DNA of 64,000 bases from Parasitella parasitica NRRL 2501 (Eukaryota; Fungi; Mucoromycota): positions 105,208 to 169,207 of the forward strand of contig MU619259.1 of the NCBI GenBank assembly GCA_025201805.1, read 5' to 3'. The notes below the pieces were generated by a model that had not been told where the DNA came from, did not search any database, and saw only the letters and a program-made list of their open reading frames with translations. The position numbers were made by a program, and so were the translations under genes. Positions 37,076 to 50,810 of this stretch are shown one piece after another (the stretch's first letter is position 1; each line of letters begins with the position of its first letter).

Positions 37076-40020
37076 TTATTTATCATTGTCATTGCTTTGG
37101 TTTTGATGTTGATTTCCGTTACCAAATCCAGGGATTGAAGTCAATATGCGATTTTTCAAACTGATTTTTGGTGTGCCATCTGCTGTCGCCATGCTCAAAA
37201 GATCTTGCTCCGAACGACTCCGTTTAGATCCTATTATGTAAAGAATTTTTAATATAAGCATATTTGATCAAATTTATACAACAACAACAACAACAACAAC
37301 AAATAAAAACATACCATCAGTAAGCTTTCTTGATCCTTTTTGAAAGTGTTTCACAGTGCTGCTGCTGCTGCCGCTGCTGCTGCTGCTATTTGTCATGGGC
37401 GTTGTAATAGGGCCCGTTGATCTGGATCTATCGCTCAAGTCCTGTGTACTTTTTGTCCTGCCCAGACCTACTATGTTTTCAGAGATCTCGCGGAGGATGG
37501 TAGATTTAGACGTGCTGGGTATACTGTTAAAGCTGCTTTGAGATGATGAGCTAGAGTGTTTTCGAACATGCAGCGTCGATTCCTCATGTGTGTCGTTTAA
37601 CGCTAGTTTATATCCTTTTTCGACCATATTTGTAAAAATTCCTTCTCTCGCCCGGTTCATCGGGACAGCAAATTTGGGTGATTTAAACGCTGCATATTCC
37701 GCATTCACCACTAATAGAGAGAAAACGTTAGATTTGCAAGCTAACATTTCGCAGCATCTTGCTTACGTTTGGCGATCAAAAATTGTTCCAATTCGGACTT
37801 GTCGCTAAATATGGCTGATTTCTCAGGCAGTGGGGGCCCAAAGTCAGGGACATCTTGCACAGACACAACCTCCACTCTGTAAACAACCTGGGACGAAATG
37901 GTTTCCTGATGGACAATGATGAACACATGAAGGAACTGGGATTTGATGGCAGTTGGGTTGAATGGCTGGTTGCCCTGCACAAACACAATGCAAACAATGT
38001 CTAAACAATGCATCAGCATCCCATGTCATGATTACGCACTTTCTCTACATACCATTGCCAATATGTCGTTTTCTTTGGATTTGTTGTTTGTCACCAGGCT
38101 TAGAAGGGATTAAAGTGGATACGTGATAGGCAAGTATGTTATCATTCCAAACATTTGTATATGTGTGTTCTCCGGAATCACCACCTAAAAGGCAATAATG
38201 AATGTTAGAAAGAAAAGAAAAAAAAATGCAGTACGTAACCTGTGCGTATTGATAGCCTTACTCTTGGTATCTAATCCTGCTGCCCATCCAGTGTATCCCT
38301 CTAGCTTGACTTTTCTTCCAATGATATTCAGAAAGACATCCAATTCCTCTGTATGCGGATTCGAAAACCAATCCTCCTCCCTTGTCTGGCCTTGTTTGAC
38401 CAGAAGGACGCCAAACTTGTATTTTGTATGCAGCGACGTCTCGTCCAGACGCAATATTTCGTCGTGAATTCCACTGGACAGCAACAGGTCTTTGTTCATT
38501 CTCGCTAAATCCTGGTACGATAAACCAGGCACGGCGGTTTCTATGATTGCTTTCCATGTCGAGTCTGGTATTTTTGCTGAAGCTTTTTCGGACGTACAGG
38601 GTGCGTTCAACAGGAACGAATCCGGAATGATCTTCCTTTGGTCCACGGCATTTTTCGTACGGTGAATAATTCTATAACGTCTTTGGCTGGATTCCTGCTC
38701 ATGCTCCACTTGTATGGATATGAGAACAGGATCACCGTTACTGTAGTAGCCGAAAAATGTGTGCATCTCGTTTTGATTGAAGTAGGTTTTGTACCAATGT
38801 GCCTGTAGATCTTTGTGATCGATGGCTGATTTCGAATAGTCGATCGTCTCATCCCGAATCATCAATGTTGGATCTGCAGATCCGTATTTGTTGATGCCTT
38901 CAATCTTGTACCCTTTGGATGGGATGACAATGGCCTTTTCCACCACCTTGTAATATTGGCATATGCATTGATTCATGATTTGCTTGAATGTGTATACAAT
39001 GTCTTTGACAACGACAATCGCCAATTCTTGGTGCTGCACAGTCTGCTCTAGCTGCTGCAGATTTGATTTAATTTCATCTTTCTCGGCCGCCTGCTCCCAG
39101 TTCACCATTTCAGTCATTTTGTGCAAGTCTGCTATGATGGATAAAAGCTGGTCTCGTGGTATGTTTTTGGCAGTCTGGGGTGGTTGTTTAGTGTTGTTGG
39201 CTGATAATGCCAATGAAGTTGCACGATCACACTCATTGCTTAATCGGGTATGTAATGTCGTTAATGTTGTCGTAACTAGCCCCTTGAATAGAGGTAGATC
39301 AGACTTGATAGCCGCGGTTGATTGATATGGTATACTTTGAGATTCGGGTAAATTGCATGCAGAGTTTTTAGTGGCCAACTGACGTAGCATGGGCGTCTTG
39401 TTTTCTTGACACGATCTTGCCCTTTGGCGTGTCCAGGGCTCGTCTTTAAGCTTTGGCAAGAGCTTTTCGCTTTTTGAATCTGATCCCGCCATGCTCGTTT
39501 GGTCTTGGTGCACCATAAACTCTAAATCACCCACCTGTTTGCCAAATAATAGGCTTCCTACAACCAAGCTTTCGTCCTTTTTCTTGTCGCTGCCACTGAC
39601 CAGAAATCGAGATGCCAGATTTATAGCACTGCTGTTCCGTCTCCTTGATTTAGCGAGTCCGTTTTCTCTGGGCTGTTGCTGCTGCTGAAATGGAGTTGAG
39701 CTTGTGGTAGTCTTTGGAATAACTTCTTGGGATTTACGTGAAAATAAGCTAAAATTTATCGTTGTTCTTTTCAGTTTGGAGGAGAAGGTTTCGTCGTCGT
39801 TTGATCTATTTCTATTGCGTCGCATGAGGTATTTTACAGACGATTTTACGGCGTTGGGTATTATACTTATTCTGCTGGATGTGCTAAGCATCGAGCTCGT
39901 TGTTGAATTGGTAGAGTATATTGAGGCATCATCTCTGGCTTTGAAAAACGATCCGTTTGATTCATCACAACAGGCGGAATCACAGGCACTGTCATGGGAG
40001 TTTCTATTGCTGTTATCCAT
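37076..40020 (-). CDS. Rap/Ran-GAP domain protein
   Basis: KYKFGVLLVK.GQT.EE, FLNIIG, GWAAGLDTK, YHVSTLIP, QRKRHIGND (Asn thumb), FNPTAIKSQFLHVFIIV, VPDFGPPLP, NAEYAAFKSPKF. Confidence 0.9.
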
Positions 40021-41606
40021 GTGGAAGGTCGTATTGATCGCTTCAGTTCAACGAGCACGAATCTGGTGTATTGCTACAATGAATTAATGCAAAAAAGGGG
40101 AGGAGGGCGATAGAGAAGCGAGAAATGAACAGGGGGGCTATGGAGCGGTATTAGAGCAAAGGAAAAAAAAAAAGAGAAGGAAGAAAAATAGAGAAGAAGG
40201 CAGCTATTTAAGTGTTTTCTATTAAAGCCTTTCACTATCTATAAATGGACATCAGTCATTCATATTTTATTGTGCACAAAAACCTTTTTCAACCATAAAA
40301 ATTTTAATTTAGCGCATCAAAGTATATATCATCATTATTTTTGAGTAACACGTTTTCTTTTTCAATTAAAAAAGTACTGCTATAGACCGGCAAGACCACT
40401 TTTGACGCAAGTGATTTGCTAGCATGCGCCTATCTTTGATTCAGGAGCGAGACATGAACCCAATAAGTAACTTGGAAATGTTTGACAGCAATCGATAGCT
40501 CATGTGCCGTAGAATAAGGCCCCAAGACCATTTTTTCATGTAACTTGACTCTGTGATTTTTTTTTAAAAAACCCCCCCCCCATTCAAAATCTAAAAGAGC
40601 AATCTAAATAAATAAAACCCTCCTATTGCAGCATAAATCTTATCCATGTTATGGTTGCAGATGGAAGAGCTTGTTTTCGTGCGCCCATGTCTTTTATGTG
40701 CGTGTGTCTTAATGTCTTGGTTCTGCGAGACCTTGATTCAGTATAAAATCTGATCCAAGCTTCAATATTTGAAGGCGTTGTTAATACAAGCAAGAAATCC
40801 TATATTTGTATGTAGCATAGACGCATAGATGAGATGCACAAAGTTAGTTATGAAAAAGGCCGTAATTCCCATAAATCAGCAAATTGTAATCAGGCAGACA
40901 AATCATGATGCGCTGTATTAATCGACGCTCTGCTGAAACACAATTACATCGTCTCGGATTGGAATGGTGAGAGCATGTCCATATTTAAAACATGTGCTAA
41001 TGATGCTCTTAGAGCTGTTGTTACCATGGTGATGTTTTTAGTAGAGACATTTGGAGAAAGCATACTCCAATTCTGTCGAGGTAAGATATCGCATCAAAGC
41101 TCATGAAAATGCATACATGACTAGGACATAAATGACGAATGTTTTCGTCACTGTAGCAATCTAAATATGATGCTTTTGCACTAAAAATAACAAAGCAAGC
41201 AGCCGAATTTTGACCTGCTTGGATTGGTTACTTTTGGTATTGAATTCCTTAAACCTGTGTAGTCGCAGAGCTGCAAGAATAAAACCACCGCAGTGGGTGG
41301 GTTGACCAGTTCTCCAATACACATCAATGTCATCAAACGACTAAATTCAAACTCGTCTTGTTTTAGGAGGAACTTGGTAAATCAATGCATTGAGTTCCAT
41401 TTTCTATTCTTTTTCCCTCTTTTTTTTTTTTCCCTCTTCTATTTTTCACATTTTTATTTAGAAAAAGGATCTTCAATAAATTACATAGTTGTGTAAGTCT
41501 CTTATTTTGTCATGTGATTTTGATATACGTTGATTCAAGTGGTATCAAAATACATTGAATCTCTTGGATATACTCATCTCCTTTTTTCTCGGATAGAAGC
41601 CATTCA

Positions 41607-43805
41607 ATGATAAAAGGAATAAAAGTTGCTGTAAGTCTTTCTTTGTTCGTTTGATGGCGAATAAAATTGAATTAATGAAATCCCAGTTTTTTAAAGGCAA
41701 ACAGCAGCAGCAGCAGCAACATCAGCAAAGAGATGCTTCAAAGCTCTCCACCGATCCGACGAAATCATCAGACGCAAACAAGAGCATGCCTTCGCCTACA
41801 ATTCCATCAGAGACAACATCATCGGCACCTCCTTCTCACAAAAAATCAAAATCTTCTAATAATAGCAATTCATCTTCCCCGAAATCAAACAACAAATCGT
41901 CTATTTTATCTCGAGCATCTATTCAAAACATGTTGCCCACTGCCAGCACCTCTGCTGCTACTGCCAGCACAACTGCCACAACTGCCGACGCTCCCACCAT
42001 CTCAGTCGAACCCATTGCCATGGTATGTATTATCCGTAATTTACTTGACCCTCTAACTGAATTGATTTATAGTCATCAACAGCATCAGTGGCATCATCAT
42101 CATCCCCATCGTCATCGCCGGCATTATCATCATCGTCATCCTCAAATCTAAAACATTCGTTTTTGACCAACACATCATCCTTGTCTAAAAAGAATCAAAA
42201 TGCAAGAGACAATACTGGTGCTGCTGCTGCTGCCACTACTACTACTACTACTACTACTACTGGCGGTGGTGTCATTGTGCCCAAACAGCCAGCAAACAGC
42301 GCCATGGCATGGCTAAAAGGCGCATCCAAAGACACCATCCCCATCGGAAAAGCGCCTCGACGACAAAAATCATCCAGATTTCATGTGTACAATAAAGTTA
42401 CGCTCGAAAAATTACCACCATTCAAAGAAGTATCGCCTGCAAAGCGGACAGATTTATTCCTCAAGAAACTAACCCAATGCCGAGTATTGTTTGACTTTAG
42501 CGACCCTTCCTCAGATTTAGGCGGTAAAGAAATCAAGAGACAGGCATTGCAAGACATGTTGGAATACGTAGCTACAACCAAAGGCGCATTAACAGATGCA
42601 GTCTATCCAGACGTAGTCAAAATGGTAAGAATCCTTGATCCTTTTTTTATTTTATTTCTCCATCTATATGCCTATGCTCATCCGAATGCCCACAGTTCTC
42701 TGCCAACCTCTTTCGCACAATACCCCCTCCTATCGACAGAGAAGAAGGATATGACCCCGAAGAAGACGAACCCACTCTGGAAGCAGCCTGGCCACATTTG
42801 CAGCTAGTTTACGAGTTCTTTCTGCGGTTTGTGGAATCGCCGGATTTTAATGTCCATGAAGCCAAAAAGTACATTGACCAAAAGTTTGTTCTGCACTTGT
42901 TGGAGCTATTCGACAGCGAAGATCCTCGCGAACGAGACTTTCTCAAGACAACATTACATAGACTCTATGGCAAATTCCTCAATTTACGAGCCTTCATTCG
43001 GAAGTCTATCAACAACATCTTTTTTCAGTTCATCTACGAGACCGAAAGCTTCAATGGGATTGCTGAATTACTGGAAATTTTGGGGAGCATCATCAATGGC
43101 TTTGCATTGCCTTTGAAAGAGGAGCACAAAACCTTCTTGATCCGTGTGCTGATGCCCTTGCACAAACCAAGCTGCTTGACAACATACCACCCCCAATTGG
43201 CTTACTGTGTAGTGCAATTCTTGGAAAAAGATCCTACTTTAACAAAGCCTGTAACGGATTGTTTGCTTCGATATTGGCCAAAAGTGAACAGCGCCAAGGA
43301 GGTTATGTTTCTGAACGAAATAGAGGAAATATTAGACATTATCGACAACAATGAATTCCCCAAAGTCTGTGTACCCATTTTCGAGAAAATCGCTCAGTGT
43401 GTCTCTAGTTCACACTTTCAAGTTGCAGAACGAGCCCTTTACCTGTGGAATAATGACTTTATTGTAAATTTAATGCACGAAAATATCCAGGTGATTTTGC
43501 CCATCATGTTCAAACCGCTGTACACATTCTCGCAACAGCATTGGAATAGAACGATTCATGGGTTGGTGTATAATGCTCTCAAAATGTTTATGGACATGGA
43601 TCCGCAGCTATTTGATCAATGTACATACTATTACAAGACTAATGACAAAAAGTATGTTTTCTCTAGTAGCCCTATCGTAATATCTCACTCACATAATTTA
43701 TTTGCTTGTAGGGTTGAAGAGCTACAACGAGACCGGGAAAATGCTTGGAAATCCGTTGAAGAAGCTGCTATAAAGAATAAACATCAATCGGCATCATCGC
43801 ACTAG
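41607..43805 (+). CDS. PP2A regulatory subunit B'/B56 (Rts1/Par1-like)
   Basis: [89 protein letters not shown]. The start exon MIKGIKVA is inferred. Confidence 0.93.
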
Positions 43806-43862
43806 TAGACGCCCTCATTTAGAATATTTGATGATATACAAGTTTAATAAAGAAAAAGATCC

Positions 43863-46399
43863 CTAATAATTTTCATCTGTTGCATCCATCTGCACACCTA
43901 ATCTGGCTGCTTTGAATCTCGACATTTTCTTTGGCACAACTTCTGGCTGTTTCTCTTGATTATCTTTTTTCTTGTTGGGTAAAGGTAAATCTTCGTCGAA
44001 TACCTCAAATTCAGGTTTAAGGGCAAATGAGAATCCGCCGGTAGAAGCAAGCATGTTTTGTCTCTTTTGCTGATAGCTGGATGTAATCTCCCTCAGGTCC
44101 ATGTCGTCTTGCACTTTTTCTAGATCCACAGGCTCAACATCACGTTCCATAACCGCTCCCTTCATGATCTTGTTATCCAGTTTGTTTTTTCTAGCCACAA
44201 TAATACCATTTGGCCTTTCCTCCTCGTCGCCTTCATGATCATCATCATTGTCCTCATTAACCTCGTTATCAAATTGTTTAATCATAGGTATAAGCGCCTC
44301 GCTGCCATCACTGGGTCGATAAAACGCTTCTGATCTACTACGAGCGATTTGAACCAATTCATTCAAATCCGGCTGTTTTCCATTGCTATTATTGTCATTG
44401 TCAAGTGAGGGATAATCATCCACAATTTCACATTGGGTGGATTTGATAGTGTTGAATATATCAACAGGAGATCGTATTCTTTGCATCAGCAGGGACTGTT
44501 TAGACTCGGTCTTCATGGGTTGAGAATAACTCGGTGTCTCAGAGACATCTGAAGGGGCAGAGTTATAATCATGATCGCGGACATCTGTGTTGGTGTCCCA
44601 GGTAACAGAACGTTTAGGTTTAATGCGTTTAGCGACTAATGGGGCTGTGGTATCAGGCTCCGAAGCTGCTGTTTCTTGCTTTGATTGAGCTCTTTGAAGC
44701 TTGAATCGAGACATTTTCCTGGGCTTCTTGCTGCCTGACTTTACTTGAGGAATACCTTGGTTGGCTGGATTGGCTGGGATATGTCCAAGTTCCTCGTCTT
44801 CTTTGTTTATCTCATTCTCGATAGGTGCAGCAGTAGCAACAGCAGCAGGAACAAAAGGTGTGGGTGCTGATTCTTCTACAACCGCTTCAGTAACAGGCTT
44901 TGTGGGTCTCTCCCTCTGTTCCTGTCTCAGTAATTTGAACTTTGAGAATTTCTTTTTGGGAGCTCCATTCGCTGGCGCTGTCGATTCAGTGATTGTGTCC
45001 TGGTTCAAAGGCGATATTTCTTTGCCAGGTGTCTGATTGTTTTTCTTTTCTTGCTGGGCAAGCTTGAATTGAGACATCGGTTTGGACGTTGATGCGGTAT
45101 CTTCAGCAGAAGTTTGCTGGGCCTTCTTTTTCGTAATTACTTTAGGCGTGCTCTTTTCATATAACTCTTTGTCCTCATCATCGATGATTTCTCCAAGCAT
45201 AGCAGCGGGAGGTGCCTGAGGAGGCAATTCGTCATCATAGCAAGTAAAATCTTCTTGGTCCACAACACCGTCTAATGCATATTGCTCATCGTCTACAAAT
45301 TGATCAAACATGTTTTCTGATATTTCAGTGTCGTAGCGATCATCGTCGTCATCTTCATCGTCACTAAAGTCGTCCGTTAGTTCATTACTGTCTTCATCGT
45401 CGCTGGGGGGTTGTGTATTTTTCTTGTCTACGATGGCAGCAGGAACAGCTGTATGCCCGCGCTCTACTTTCTCGCCCTCTTCTGCTTTCTCTTCTGCTTC
45501 CTCTTCTGCTTCCTCTTCTGCTTCCTCTTGTTCCAATTCTCGCAATAAGTCAAACAAAGCCTTGTTTTTGTCATCTTTTCCTGTACTTTTCTTTTGACTA
45601 TCAGCCTCCTCCATCATTCTGCGGGCACGCAACACAGATTCTGGAAGCTGATTTGTAGGCTGTTGAGGTGGTTCTTTTTTTCCCTCGAGCAATTTTTTCT
45701 GTTTCGACTCTTCTTCTTTCTCGTCAATTGGCTCTCTAATCTCCATGATGGGCAGCCCCTCTTCATTCAACTAAATTGGAGAAAACATATCAGTATCCAT
45801 GAAAATCAAATCCTCTCTCAAGTCAAGAGGAGTGGTAAGGGGTATCCTGAATTATTGCTTGCCTGCGGATCTGATGCTGAGAGTGCGCCTGCATTTGTTA
45901 ACGAGTTCTTTTTGGCTCTGAAGCTATTCAATTGCGCTTCAGCCAACCTCAAATTCTCTTCAACAACTGGTTTGAAAGCCATCAGATTGTAATTGTAATG
46001 CAAGTAGAATATAGGACGCTCACACGTTACCTTGTCTTCGTCGCCCCAAAATCTCAGCAGCCTGTTTAGCAGAACGCTCTGCATAATATTGATCGCCAAG
46101 CAATACAAGGATTTCATTAGTGTGGACCAACTTTCCCGGCATGAATGCTAGTTTTCCCATTGGTATCTAAAGTGGATTAAAGTGGATTAAAGGTCAAAAC
46201 GTACCAACAACGGACTAGTAATCGCTATATTTACCATGGCGGTTCTCGACGTGCTGTCAGGCAATGTCTTTAATTGATTTTCCAAGGCATCATAGTCGGC
46301 TTTGTAGTCTGACCACCGCTGATGCTCCTGTTCCAGTGTGTTCAACTGATCGGATAGCTTAGAGGCGATCAGGTTTATTTGGCTGGTTAAATCTGACAT
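43863..46399 (-). CDS. BUD27: Unconventional prefoldin RPB5 interactor (URI/Bud27)
   Basis: Prefoldin-alpha N-terminus (MIPMGKLAFMPGKLVHTNEILVLLGDQYYAERSAKQA), NEEGLPIMEIRE, acidic region, C-terminal KKMSRFKAARL. Confidence 0.88.
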
Positions 46400-46650
46400 G
46401 ATGAAAAATAAGAGATAAAGAAGACGGTGTGGTGGTTGTATTTGGCGCAACTGTAATCATGCCTTTGCACCATTCCTTACAAGCCACTTGTTTTTTTTTT
46501 CTTTTCTTTCTTTCTTTCTTTCGCCAGTATCCAATGAAGCCTTTTCACACGTACTATCTTTTTCAAGAAAACTTTTGTTTCATTTTAGCAAGGAATTCCA
46601 TCTACACCCTGTATTGAAATTTACAAAAAAAAAAAAAAAGGGACAAAGAC

Positions 46651-47900
46651 ATGTTGCCAGCCGGGCAAGTATTATTTTAGTAAATACATTTTTTGTATAT
46701 ATACTAATAAAGAAATAAACTATTTCTAAAATAGTCAAAAAAGACAAAACGAAAGTTTGGACCAGGATGTTGATTCAGACGACTCAGAGGCAAAGCCAGC
46801 AAAGCGCAATGGCAGAAGAAAGATCAAGATTGAATACATTGAAGATAAAAACCGCAGACACATTACTTTTTCAAAACGTAAAGCTGGCATCATGAAAAAG
46901 GTTTGGAAGCACGCCATCTACCCATGACATACATAGAAATTGACTGGTGCTATTTTAGGCATACGAACTATCTACTCTCACTGGCACTCAAGTCTTATTG
47001 TTGGTGGTGTCCGAAACTGGCCTTGTCTATACCTTTACCACTACTAAATTGCAACCGATTGTCACCAAGCCGGAAGGTAAAAACCTTATTCAAGCCTGCT
47101 TAAACACCCCAGATCCATCTATGCCAGACGTAAGTTTCACATGTAGTTTGTATACGCGTTTCTTTTTTCTCGGCATGATCTAACTCTATTTTCTGGGATC
47201 AGACGAATGCGGAAAACAAATTGGACACTACTACTAGTAATGCATCTCCTGTCCCCGCTGTGAATCGTATTCCTGATGAAGCCTCTCAAAATGTAGAGTA
47301 TTGCTTTCCTCCCTTTCTCTTTGTTTGCAATTCTAATTAGTTTCCGAGTAGCAATCATCACCTCAAACAACATCACCCCATAGCCCTATGATGCAACCCG
47401 CACCTAACCTTATGAGACATCAGCAAGGTATAGTTGTCCCTCCAATGTCTTCCTCCAACATCAATTTGAATGCTGTTGATAATTCTCAGCGTCATCAAAG
47501 CGGTGGCGCTATAAATTATCCGTCTGGTCAACAACCTTCACAGCAATCACACCACACCTCCCAACCCCCTCAGTTGGGTGGTATGCCTCCATATAATCAA
47601 CAGAGATATCCCCCCCACCAAGGATACAATGGTAATTTACCCCAACCTAATCAACCTTACCCTCCTCAACATAACCAGCCACAGCTGCCTCAGTATGGTG
47701 GTCCTCAACAGCCTTATTACCAACAGTCTCAACAACAACCTCCTCCGCAACAGCACCAAAGTTCCTCTTCCGTCCCCCCTCCGCTTGGCTATTGGTCTTA
47801 TAATGACCAACAACAAGGAAATGCTGGAAATCCCTCTCATTCGCATTCTCATTCTCAGAGCCAACAGGCAAGACAAATGATCAAGCCTGAGCGTCCTTAA
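46651..47900 (+). CDS. SRF/Mcm1-type MADS-box transcription factor
   Basis: GRRKIKIEYIEDKNRRHITFSKRKAGIMKK|AYELSTLTGTQVLLLVVSETGLVYTFTT.KLQP, followed by a Q/P-rich tail. Confidence 0.93.
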
Positions 47901-48934
47901 ATACATGTTAATAAAAAAAAAAAAAGGTTTACGCTGTTACTATCTACAATGAGAGGCGGATTTATTTAAACACAGCAATTTTTTGATCCGATCAGATAAT
48001 TATTTCGCCGAATCAGGGCTGCGTAATGATTGGCTAATTGTTGTTTATGAGGTCAGCTGTATACCAAAACTAGACGAGCATCACTCATTTGTGCATAAAC
48101 GATGATTGATATATCATGTTATGATCTAGACATGCTTGAGTTATATATCAATGACAAAATTTAATTTATCTTACTGCTGTATACTAGACTAATTACGTAC
48201 TACTTGTTTGCTAGATTTGGGCTCGTGTTGTCATGTGTAAATAAATATAATTCATGTTCATTTCTAATTTTGTAACCTAAACAATTCAATGGCATGAACT
48301 GATGCATTACCATTGACCATTTTCGTTGTGTATAGAGCTGAGATGCATTCACTGCTAATTCGGCAATGTATATTAAAAACGTAGATTTTATTAGCTGTGA
48401 AAAGTGCATATTGTCGAGAACGATTGCGTCCTATTTTTGTATAAATCAATTGCCCGTTTTGTGAATCTAGTTGCCAAAGCTATTCATGAGATACCAAAGA
48501 TTATATGAATCATTTCTGTATTTTTATGTTCTGAATCCAGTGTTATTTCATTTAATAGGCTTTACGAAATATATGATAAACAGAATTGGAGTCTGGCACC
48601 CACTTTGATGGTTTTATTTTTATTTTTATTTTTATTTTATTTTTTACAAACAAGTTGTTTGGAGGATTTTTAAAGCTCTATGTGAGACGTTACACATGCA
48701 AACACATATTTGAAGGCCATGTGAACCCGGGAAATTTGAGGTTTAGGTATTCACCTCGCCTCTAAAAAAAAATTAAAGAAGCTTCTACATAAGCAATTGC
48801 GTTTCTTTCTTTCTTTATTTCCTTCTGATACTTACTTGCATCGACTAGGCAACACTTTTTATTACTATTTTTTTTTTTCGCATAAACAGAGACAGATATA
48901 AACACAACAGCGACTGGAAGGAGACACAATTTGC

Positions 48935-50713
48935 ATGTCTCAAGAAGATAAATCATCACCAAACAAAACTTCGCCCCTTGCTTGCATCGATGATTATGAA
49001 TTTCATCGCAGCCTTGGAAAAGGAAGTATGGGCAAGGTAAAGCTTGGCATACATGTTGTTTCTGGAGAAAAGGTCTATACATATAATCTCTTTTTTTTTT
49101 TTTGGCTTACCACTTTAACTAATGGAACAATCAAATAGGTGGCCGTCAAAATTGTAAGACGAGCAAATTTTCAAATCAACGGGTTTACAAGCTCGGGAAA
49201 ACCAAGGACAAAGGAACAAATGATCAAGGAAAAAGTCAAGGAAGAGACCCGTGAACTGCGCACGATTAGAGAGGCTCACATCATGATGCTGTTACGCCAC
49301 CCTCACATTGTTCAATTGAGAAATTTGGTTGCTGTTGGCCCATACTTCTATATTTTGATGGATTATGTCAATGGCGGTCAGCTCTTGCACTACATTGTAA
49401 AGCGTCAAAAGCTCTCTGAGCAGCACTCTCGACAATTCTCTCGACAAATTGTGAGCGCTCTCGACTATATGCATCGCAATTCAATTGTACATCGTGACTT
49501 GAAGATCGAAAACATCCTAATCGACAAGGCAGGACAGAACATCAAAATCATTGACTTTGGCCTCTCCAATTTGTTTTGCCCCGAGCGACGTTTGACAACA
49601 TACTGTGGATCACTGTACTTTGCAGCACCCGAGTTACTGCGCGCATCACCTTACCGCGGACCAGAGATCGACATTTGGAGCCTTGGTGTAGTTATCTATG
49701 TCATGGTGACAGGATCAGTTCCCTTTGATGACAAGTCAATGCCTGGTCTGCACGAAAAAATTAAGCGAGGTCAAGTAGCTTACCCTGCTCATGTCAGCCC
49801 AAGTTGCCGAGATTTATTATCACGGATATTTGTCATCAATCCCACGAAGCGAATCATTTTAGCAGACGTCCTGCGCCACGAATGGATGAATCAAGGTTAC
49901 AACAAGGCCATCAAGAACTACCTCCCACTACGTTTACCCATTGTACAGCCATTAGCACCCAATATTTTACAGCATATGACTCGCGGATTCAACATGGGAA
50001 ATACAGAAGATATTCGACTGAAAATGGAGATGATTGTAAAGTCGCAAGTGTATCGATCGGCAGCAGAGCATGTGGCAAGAGTACAGCACACTTTGGTTGT
50101 ACGCACGCCTCAAGACCTAGCTGCCAATCTGTACGACGACCCACAAACAGTGCCGGCTGCCTACCACCCTCTGTTATCACTTTACCATTTAACAAGAGAA
50201 CGATTGTCGCAACAAGAGATGGAACAGGAGTCTGATTCACCTATAAAACCAAATCAATCTACATGTGTAACTCCAGTTTCAGCTACAACATCCCATTTTG
50301 AAGTCGACGACGATGATGATAATGACAACGACATTGACATTGACTGTGACATTGGCCACTCTGTCTCTGTCTCTGTCTCTGGCTATCCCCAAAACGAAGC
50401 AAATAAGCATCCATCAGTGGTCTCGATCCAAGAAACAATCGCATCTCCCTTATCGCCTGCTCCACTCACTGTGGGTGGCCCATCACATCCTCCACCTCTA
50501 GTATACAGCACCTCTGTATCATCCATAAGCAACCATTCTTCCGTGCCTGATCAATTACTACATATAAGCTTACGAGAGCCAAACAGCAACAAGAACAACA
50601 AATTACCCGACACCAAGAAGGAGAGACCTCCAAAGTCAAGTTTTACAAATATTTTCCATAGATCCACATCTTCTTTAGCTGCCATATTTGCAAAAGTGAT
50701 GTGCACTCGATAA
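48935..50713 (+). CDS. Kin1/Kin2 (MARK/Par-1 family) Ser/Thr kinase, apparently lacking KA1
   Basis: LGKGSMGKVKL, ELRTIREA, HRDLKIEN, DFG, TYCGSLYFAAPELL, and the Kin1-typical AAYHPLLSLYHLTRER. Confidence 0.9.
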
Positions 50714-50810
50714 ACCTTGCATTATAAAGTCCCTCCCCACCTTATTTAATTGTACATAGCATCTTCATATCATTTGCATTTAATAAATTTGAGTTTTTAT
50801 TTCATCAGTA

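Noticed and set aside
48613-48645. (ATTTTT)n tract and other simple repeats such as (AG)n near 17085
   Set aside because: Ordinary microsatellites with no sign of function.
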